In this document: positions 57,173 to 64,000 of the stretch, in pieces | Position numbering within the stretch: position 1 is the stretch's first letter | Layout of the letters: every line of letters starts with the position of its first letter | NCBI GenBank assembly: GCA_964106645.2 | Contig: OZ067039.1 | Length of the DNA: 64,000 bases | Strand: one strand, 5' to 3' | Source of the DNA: Podarcis pityusensis | Lineage: Eukaryota | Program-made: the position numbers and the translations under genes | The notes under the pieces: generated by a model | Seen by the model: only the letters and a program-made list of their open reading frames with translations | The model's database searches: none | Told to the model about the DNA's origin: nothing

Positions 57173-58068
57173 AGGCACCTTTTGCTTTCAAAATTAAGCA
57201 CTGGCTAGACCTTCTTGACATAATTTTGAGAACATGGATCTATTTCTTTAAAAACTATTGAAACATATGCTGATATCCTCAGCTAAACATTATGCTAGAA
57301 TTACTTGGTCACTTCCATCTATGTCTACTGACATCACCCTTTTACGATCGCCAAAGAGTCTTCCAGGTGATTGTAAGAGGTGCTTTGGCGATAGTTAAAG
57401 ACTGGTGCCAAAGCACCTCTGGGAGGCTATGCCTGCAGCCACAGGAAGTGGTGGCAGCAGTGTGGGAAGCGGTGAGGGAGAGAGGGGGTGGGTGGGCAGG
57501 CAAGTCGTGGCAGGGGAAGGGGGTGGGGGGGCATGGATGTGTAGCAGCACCTATTTTTTGGGGGGGGGGGACCACTGGCTGCACCTTCCATTTCTTCTGA
57601 AAAATAAGTCTCCCTGGTCTGGGGAGGGGGGGAAGTGGGAAGAAGCGCAGGGAGAATTCAGGATGACTATGATTGAATGATGGTATTGTGTGGATGCCCT
57701 ACCAGAAATGGGTGAACAAAGCATTACAAATCCACACAGGTCTATTAATAGCATCAGGCCTATTACTATCTGTGTTTTATTTATGTTTTGCCACTATCAG
57801 TGAATGATCTGGAAATGTTATTATATTTTATTCTGAAAACTTTGCGAATGTGAGTTGTTTTGAGCATGGTTTAGCACAGGAGAGTGGCATACGAATAAAC
57901 TGATGATGATGCCTGCGACTATGCTGCGACTAACTCATTCTCATTGCAACCGAGTAGTGATCTCTCTCCAGAAACGTACCTCACATCGGGGCTGTAGATG
58001 GCCAGCCTCAAGAGGTAGAGGGCAGCGCTACCCAGTCCGAGTCCAATGAAGCCAATGAGGGGGATGAG
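41288..58068 (-). CDS. NDUFA4L2: NDUFA4L2, 5'-partial; complement(join(41288-41344,41563-41623,57980-58068)); [68 protein letters not shown]
   Basis: Three in-phase GT-AG exons encode the B12D-family TM helix, [11 protein letters not shown] and C-terminal KKDRPDF, closely matching NDUFA4L2. Tail-to-tail with SHMT2 as in human. Confidence 0.95.
41563..41623 (-). CDS. NDUFA4L2: NDUFA4L2 coding exon 3 ([20 protein letters not shown])
   Basis: Acceptor cctttcag|, donor AAG|GTATGT. Confidence 0.96.
42309..42742 (+). mobile_element. BovB (RTE) LINE 3' end with (CAA)n tail and 11-bp TSD
   Basis: [39 protein letters not shown] is characteristic of BovB; ATTACTTGTGA at 42298-42308 and 42743-42753. 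Confidence 0.92.
43006..43231 (-). mobile_element. Tc1/mariner(pogo)-type MITE, copy 3 (inverted)
   Basis: Same TIR and TA flanks; internal sequence is the reverse complement of copies 1 and 2. Confidence 0.85.
45268..45451 (+). mobile_element. Short L2-type 3' end with (TAA)n tail
   Basis: tttagaagacatctgaaagcagccctg...ccagagtg shared with the two longer copies; a shorter tail piece lies at about 6885-6950. Confidence 0.75.
46652..46770. repeat. Minisatellite, 9 copies of GTACTGG core with a duplicated 41-bp higher-order unit
   Basis: CAGGACGTACTGGAATTGTACTGGAATCCTACAGTACTGGA at 46652-46692 and 46718-46758. Confidence 0.9.
48106..48394. mobile_element. GC/CpG-rich hAT-like MITE
   Basis: Imperfect TIR CAGGAGCGGAGGAAG / CTTGCTCCACCACTG; degenerate 8-bp TSD ccaaaggg / tctaaggg. 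Confidence 0.65.
48782..49077. mobile_element. MITE with GGATCTACACT TIRs (PIF/Harbinger-like)
   Basis: gggcggatctacact ... agtgtagatccagcc; probable 3-bp TSD CTG. Confidence 0.65.
49521..49869 (+). mobile_element. Sauria SINE with (ACCTTT)n tail
   Basis: tRNA-like head, gccaacctagcagtt...gtgcaagtagataaat body, cctttacctttacctttac tail. Confidence 0.9.
54690..54845 (+). repeat. Compound hexamer repeat: (GAGGTA)6 then degenerate (CTAGGG/CCAGGG)n, telomere-like
   Basis: Read directly; five GGG tracts with 3-nt loops at 54732-54758. Confidence 0.9.
55803..55850 (+). repeat. (GA)n microsatellite
   Basis: Read directly. Confidence 0.95.
56795..57168 (+). mobile_element. L2-type LINE 3' fragment with (ATT)n tail
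   Basis: [18 protein letters not shown]...[14 protein letters not shown]...[10 protein letters not shown]; explains the C-terminal part of the 192-aa ORF at 56463-57041. Confidence 0.82.
57980..58068 (-). CDS. NDUFA4L2: NDUFA4L2 coding exon 2 (TM helix)
   Basis: Acceptor ctctctccag|, donor AG|GTACGT; encodes [29 protein letters not shown]. Confidence 0.93.
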
Positions 58069-58699
58069 CTGGAGAGAGAGAGATGAAAAATACGTAAATA
58101 AAATGAATATTTATCAGGGGGACTGGGGAGTTAAAGGGAGCCCTGACACATGAGGAGATTTACAGGGAAAATATGGCACAGCAATCGTATAGCCAAGCTC
58201 TAGTACACAGTGTAGCTGTCAGTTTGAGTGACTGAATTAAAAGAGGGGGAGAAAAATAGACATATCTAGGGGAGGAATTGGATCTGGGGATGAGAAATTG
58301 CCTGCCACTCCCCATACCACCCGGGATGGGGGAGAGCAAGGCCTCTTAACACTGGATATTGGAGCATATTGGTGGGTGAGTGGGAAAGTCCAGGGGCGGT
58401 AGAAGGAAGCATGTATTTTCTCCCTCTGCCTGCTGAGCCCTTAGGGAGATGGTTATGAGGGGCATTTTGTCAACAGCGATGTAACTGATGGAGCTGTGGT
58501 TGCTATTTGTGGGAGATGAGAAGATGAGCACCTTTGTCTGGTAAATGAAAGCCATTATTTATTGTGATACACTTAGTATCTTCACTTTTGCACTTCTCCA
58601 TCCAACTCAGATTGATTTTTATCAATCCACTTACCCATTCTTGACCTCTCTTGTTCACACTGAGTTTTCTTCCTCACACCCCAATCCAATCTTCCTTCC

Positions 58700-58748
58700 T
58701 CCCTTCCTTCCTTCCTTCCTTCCTTCCTTCCTTCCTTCCTTCCTTCCT
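58700..58748 (+). repeat. (CCTT)n microsatellite
   Basis: Read directly. Confidence 0.95.
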
Positions 58749-58846
58749 CAATGTCATTTTCTACTTAACCACCTCGTAGCCAATCTGCTGTTCTCAAAAT
58801 TAGTGGAGAGCAGTAAAAAGATGGATTAATGCTTATTTATGGTACA

Positions 58847-58991
58847 AAATAAAAAATATTCCTTCTAGTAGCACCTTAAAGACCAACTAAGTTAGTTCTT
58901 GGTATGAGCTTTCGTGTGCATGCACACTTCTTCAGATACACTGAAACAGAAGTTGCCAGATCCTTCTATATAGTGAGAAGGTGGGGAGGGG
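58847..58991 (-). mobile_element. Second Penelope-like fragment (single arm) with 13-bp target-site duplication; carries the hammerhead motif at 58902-58939 (-)
   Basis: Near-identical to 932-1031; TATTTATGGTACA at 58834-58846 and 58992-59004. Confidence 0.8.
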
Positions 58992-61015
58992 TATTTATGG
59001 TACAGGCATTCCTATAGGAATGTCTCCTTCCACACAGTCCTGCCATCCATTGAGGACAAGGAAGTGGGCAGCCCTTTAGCATATCCTCCCATTGTCTTAA
59101 GTGTCATTGTTGTGAAAGTGTGGTGAAGGGCCTTGCCCACTGTGGCACCCAAGACATGGAGCATGTTGTCTGGTGAGATCCAACTGGCTTCCTCTTTCCA
59201 GGAACCAGTTTGTGGAATGAGGTTTAATTAACACAGAATATAGGGATACGACCTTCTGGAGAGGAATAATCATTCTAACAATTTCAGCTTTCTTTCAACT
59301 TTTTTAATATATAAAAAGTTCCTAGTCCATATGGTTACAACAGTCTGAAAGTACGTGGTCAATGCATGGTTAAATCTTAAATGCTTAATCTTAAATGCTG
59401 ATATAGAGGACATGGTAGAGAATGTTTTCTTCTGGTCAGGAGGCATAGCTGCATCCTTGCTTTCCCCCATGTGTTTTGTAAAGAAAAATTTTCTCTTTGC
59501 TTGCCTTGAATATCTAGTCAGGGTCACAGTTGGGCCACCAACTGAAGCTGAAGGAAGGTACTTCATGACACCAAAACTACTCGTGCCTTGAATGACCATA
59601 GTGGATCCAAGAACCCCCAAACTGAGCACCAGCCTCTTTAAAGGGAATGCAACCCTACCTAAAACAGGTTGACCCCACCAGTACAGTCAAAAGAACCAGG
59701 TGGAGCTTCAGTTTAACCAGCATTTATCCAGTCCATCACTGAGTCTAGACCATCCACTGCCTCAGCTGCAGATGCAAAGGATAAATAGAGAGGTGTTTCA
59801 TCTGCATAGTGATGACAATGCCGTTCAAATTCCCGGACGATCCTCCTCAGTGGTTTCATGTAGATGTTAAACAGCATGAGGTATAAGGCTGACCTTTGCG
59901 ACCCCCCACATTGGAGGGTCCATAGGGTGGAGCATCACCTTCTGGAGATGTCCATCCCAAATACTCCCAGCTAAAGTATTCTCAACTAATCGAGCTGGGC
60001 ATTATTGGTTGCTGGTGGTGGTTTGGAATGGGGCATAAGGCTCGACACAGATGACTGCTGCTTTTCAGAGTGTTGAAAGTGATATGATAGAGTATGGTTG
60101 CTTTTCATGTTGTGTACCCCATCCCAACTTTTGCCTCTGGTAAGCAGGTTTTACAGGTTTGGGTAGCGTCACAAAAGCCTTCAGAACTGGTTTGATCAGA
60201 GACTACTGTGGAACATACAGCAAGGGGAACAATCCTATTTCCACTGTCTGGTGCACTATTGCTTGCTTTCCAGCCAAACTTGATGTCCAGTGCCGAATAC
60301 TTTGCCTGCCAATAGTTTGATTCTGAGGCTGTTTTCTACAGCAACACGTCTCTCCAAATCCCTACAACACACGTGCACACCCACATACACAAAATGTTTA
60401 CGTTTGCTTGCCTCTTGGGCTCCAGCTACCATCCCTATTTAACGAAGCTGCCCTGAACGCCAACAGCTTTTGTATCCAATTCCAAGGTAATTTCCTTCCT
60501 AGCCTGCTATATGAATCCCCAGGAGGCTGAAGGTGCAAAGCCTCAATCCAAACAGATACAGCAGCCGCTTGACCTTTCCCAAATTGCACTGGCCCCTCAT
60601 GCCCAGCTAGATGTTTGGAGCATAATGAACCTCTGTGTCTCCCCCCCTGCCCTCTAGGAAACAAATAGCCAGGAGTTTATAATCCTAACTATTGCTATAG
60701 AAGCAAATCAAAACATTGCCTACCCCAGAACACAGAGTGGAATCTGGGAAGTAGAGGGGCAAGGCGCTCACATAAATATGAGTTTTCTGATTGATTACGG
60801 GCTGTGATCTTTGACAGGGCTAGGAATCCAGGTACTGAAAATTCTATCTGTTGGGATATATATCCCAAAGATATTTTGTTCTAAGATCTCCCCAACGAAT
60901 GTCACTTCACATAATTTTCTCTGAGGGTTGATGTAACACAAGGGGCAAGAAAGGGTTGGGAATAAGGATTCATAGGTTTTATTCCCATCGTGGAATATTT
61001 TATTCCAGTCCAGAA

Positions 61016-61200
61016 AGGGCCATGGCTCAGCAGTAGAGTACCTGCTTTGCATGCAGAAGGTCCCAGGTTCAATCCCCAGCACCTCCAGGTAGGACTTGGA
61101 AAGATCCATTCCTGAGGGAGCATTCCTGAGCAGCCACTGCCATGAGCTCGATGGACCAATGGTCTGACTTGGTAAAAGGCAGGGCAGCTTCCATTCTTAA
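61016..61200 (+). mobile_element. tRNA-derived SINE (related copies at about 35370-35525 on - and 63855-64000 on +)
   Basis: tRNA-like head (ggctcagcagtagag...tttgcatgcagaaggtcccaggttcaatcccc) followed by a shared non-tRNA body. Confidence 0.7.
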
Positions 61201-62064
61201 TCTCCCATTAGGAGACTTGTTGGCATCCTTCTGGAATCTAGAATAATTTGGCCACCATGAACCCCACAACTTTGCTTGTGACCAGGCAGTGTCCCATTCA
61301 TTTCCCCATTTTCTTTTAACATCTCAGCAGGCTCAGTCGGAGGCACGGCTACCCTCCCCACCTCACACCCTTTGGCGCATCCAACTTTCAGCAGACGCCA
61401 GGTGCGATTCAGGAGGTTAGAGTTGTCGAGAAATAATGATTTTCCTTTTTTCACATTGTGTGCCGGCCCCATGCCAGGTGGACCTGGCAGTGGCTTCTAG
61501 CTGAAACACACCGGATAATAAAGAATGACGCCACAGTCCCAGGGACTTCTGGCACCTCTGCAGAGAGTCAGGGATTACAGACGTATTTCACCATCTGCTG
61601 CTGGCGTCTTCTGGGTTATTAATTCTGGGGGAACATCTGAGGATGGGCAACTCACTGGGGATAAACGTATGAATTTGGCTGCCACTGGGAAGAAAGCTGC
61701 TGTGGCACTATGGAAGTCGGCATGTGAACCATGCAGAGGATAGAAGAACGTTGTACTGCTGATGCGTTTTCCAAACGGCTTTCCTGTTCTCCAGGATTTC
61801 AGAGGATGCAAGTTGTTCCACCTCAACCCACCCCATTCAAAAGCCTTTTGAAATGAGAGTTCCAGAAAGTACCTCAGAAAATGTTGTGTAAACAAAGCAT
61901 GAGGGCCGCTTAATATTTAAATTTAGCCATGAAGGCTCTCAGATTGTCCTCTTCTGTGTTTTCTAAAGGCTTAGCAAAGGGTGTTAGTTTTTAAGGGATC
62001 CAACAAGATAGGAAGCTGGTGGTAGTAGCAGCCACAGTGACACTGCTCCCTATATTAGTTCAGA

Positions 62065-62515
62065 TAAAAGGTGAGGAATAGGCTTGTATAACATTATGCA
62101 TGGCATGGAGAAAGAGGACAGGGAAAGGTTTTTCTGCCTTTCTCAGGACATCAGAACTAGGGGGCATCTAGTGAAGTGGAATGTTGGGATATTCAGGGCA
62201 GGCAAAATGAAAGGAAGTCCTTCCCACAATCACATAGTTAAACTAGTGAATTTGCTCACACCTGAGGTGGTGGGGGGCACCAACTTAGATGCCTTAAAAA
62301 TAGGGTTAAACAAACTCCTGGAGGAGGAGCCTACTCATGGCTACTAGCCAGTCAGAGGCAGCATGCGTCTCAATCCCGGAGGGGTGAGTACTGTTGCGTT
62401 CAGGTCCTGCTTGCAGGCTTCCCATGGGAATCTGGTTGTCCACTGGGAGAACAGGATGCTGGGCCAGATGGGCCACTGGCCAGATCCAGCAACAATCTAC
62501 AAATGTTATTATGTA
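62065..62515 (+). mobile_element. CR1 LINE 3' fragment
   Basis: YNIMHGMEKEDRERFF...TRGHLVK...LDALKIGLNKLLE resembles a CR1 ORF2 C-terminus, followed by 3' UTR. Confidence 0.75.
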
Positions 62516-62548
62516 ATGCACTAGTCAAATTTTAAAAATAAACTTAAA

Positions 62549-62586
62549 CAGATAGATTGATAGATGATAGATAGATATAGATAGAT

Positions 62587-62625
<39 letters not shown>

Positions 62626-62632
62626 GATAGAT
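62549..62632 (+). repeat. (AGAT)n microsatellite, imperfect
   Basis: Read directly. Confidence 0.95.
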
Positions 62633-62826
62633 GTCAAGGCCGTGGATAAGCAGGGCTGCTTTACTTCAATGTGAGATAGGTCTAGGTTTGCCATACATCA
62701 CATAAATTCCTGACATGTCCTGGTTTCCGGTGAAAAAATGGCATCGTGGGGGAAATGGCATCAGGAGCAAAATGTCAGGGAAAACCCAGATGTATGGCAA
62801 CGCGATGGAAAACCACTGTATTTGGG

Positions 62827-63191
62827 GGGACGCGGGTGGTGCTGTGGTCTAAACCACTGAGCTTCTTGGGCTTGCCGATCAGAAGGTTGGTGGTTCGAAT
62901 CCCCGTGATGGGGTGAGCTCCCATTGTTCGGTCCCTGCTCCTGCCAACCTAGCAGTTCAAAAGCACCTCAAAGTGCAAGTAGATAAATATATAACGCTCC
63001 AGCAGGAAGGTAAATGGCATTTCCGTGCGCTGCTCTGGTTTGCCAGAAGCGGCTTAGTCATGCTGGCCGCATGAGCCAGAAAAACTGTCTGTGGACAAAC
63101 ACCAGCTCCCTCGGCCTGTAAAGCAAGATGAGCACCGCAACCCCAGAGTCGTCTGCAACTGGACTTAACTGTCAGGGGTCCTTTACCTTTT
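62827..63191 (+). mobile_element. Sauria SINE, full length
   Basis: Collinear with 49521-49869; GGTTCGAATCC B box; cctttaccttt tail. A 5' fragment also lies at about 54419-54480. Confidence 0.9.
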
Positions 63192-64000
63192 TATTTTTAC
63201 CCCTAAAGCTCAACAACTTTGCGGGTGTCAGGAATATTACCTCTTGAAAAAAAGCAGCCCTAGGTACATAGGTCTCCTTAAGGAGCTATAGGAAATACCT
63301 AGGGAAGATCTTGCTTTCTGTGACAGGCCCTTGTTGCACACTAACGCCACAGGGGCAGGAAGGAGGGAGAGAGCTGGTTCCTAGATGGTCATGCTTCCAT
63401 GCTATGGCTGTCTCAGGCGAGCCCTGCCCACCTCCCAGAGCTCGCCCCTGGCCCTGGCCGGCTGGTGAGAGGCACATCCCAGCGGAGGTGGCCTGGAGTG
63501 AAATCCTACTGTGGACAGGCTGGGGTAGGCTGCCCAATGGATAGAACCTTGCCCTATGCTGCACTGAACCAGTGGTGTGCTGTCACCAGTAAAGTTGTGC
63601 TTAGCCCACTCTTCTGTCTCTGGCTCGTCATTGCTCCCAGACTCCTGCATTCTTGTGAGGATGTGACCTGAGTACTTGTGCAGGTTTCTTCCTGACTCCT
63701 CTTTTTGCATGTTTTCAGATGTATGTGTCCCCCCCCCCCGCCAACTTGATGGAATTACCTAATGCAAATTACGAAAAAGAAAATGAAAGGGAATGAAGAA
63801 AGGAAAGGTAGAGAGGTGGGTGGGAAGAGCAAGTACAATTTACTACGGCACTAAGACTTGTGTTTTAGTGACAGAACATCTGCTGTGCGCACAAGAGGCC
63901 TCAGGTTCCATCCCTGGGATCTCCAGTTAGGGCTGGAAAAGACTCCTTCTCTGAAGCCCTGGAGAGCCATTGCCAGGCATTGCATACCTGCCAAGTGTCC

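Noticed and set aside
58312-58367. Minus-strand MLQYPVLRGLALPHPG as NDUFA4L2 exon 1
   Set aside because: HPG is followed by TG, not a phase-0 GT donor, and the upstream residues do not resemble the basic NDUFA4-family N-terminus.
61016-61090. tRNA-like sequence (also 35450-35525, 63855-63925)
   Set aside because: Mismatched stems and a shared downstream body show these are SINE heads, not tRNA genes.
58069-64000. RCGTG hypoxia-response cores near NDUFA4L2 (e.g. 59353-59357, about 60371)
   Set aside because: Short motif, few and unclustered; cannot be distinguished from background without conservation or ChIP data.

Overview
Eukaryotic (vertebrate) genomic DNA. The repeat families (Sauria SINE, BovB, Squam3-like SINE) point to a squamate reptile, probably a lacertid lizard; this is an inference. 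The window holds a complete 12-exon SHMT2 gene (mitochondrial serine hydroxymethyltransferase, + strand, CDS 12081-30366, 502 aa, all GT-AG introns in phase). Convergent with it are the last three coding exons of NDUFA4L2 (- strand, 58068-41288); the first coding exon was not found and is probably beyond the window. This is the same gene order as in human. The rest is repeat-rich intron and intergenic DNA (Penelope, RTE/BovB, L2, CR1, Rex1/Babar, a Gypsy remnant, SINEs, MITEs, microsatellites) with a 134-N assembly gap. Most notable: (i) Penelope-derived fragments carrying minimal hammerhead-ribozyme cores, one as a perfect 96-bp hairpin and one sense-oriented in the probable NDUFA4L2 intron 1; (ii) no exon-2 Met at the position that starts mammalian cytosolic/nuclear SHMT2-alpha; (iii) a head-to-head pair of ATF4/CARE-type motifs in SHMT2 intron 1; (iv) a chain of decayed exon-like segments divergent from the SHMT2 promoter (candidate pseudogene). 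Nearly all ORFs in the supplied track are spurious or repeat-derived. I found no prokaryote-type system such as CRISPR.
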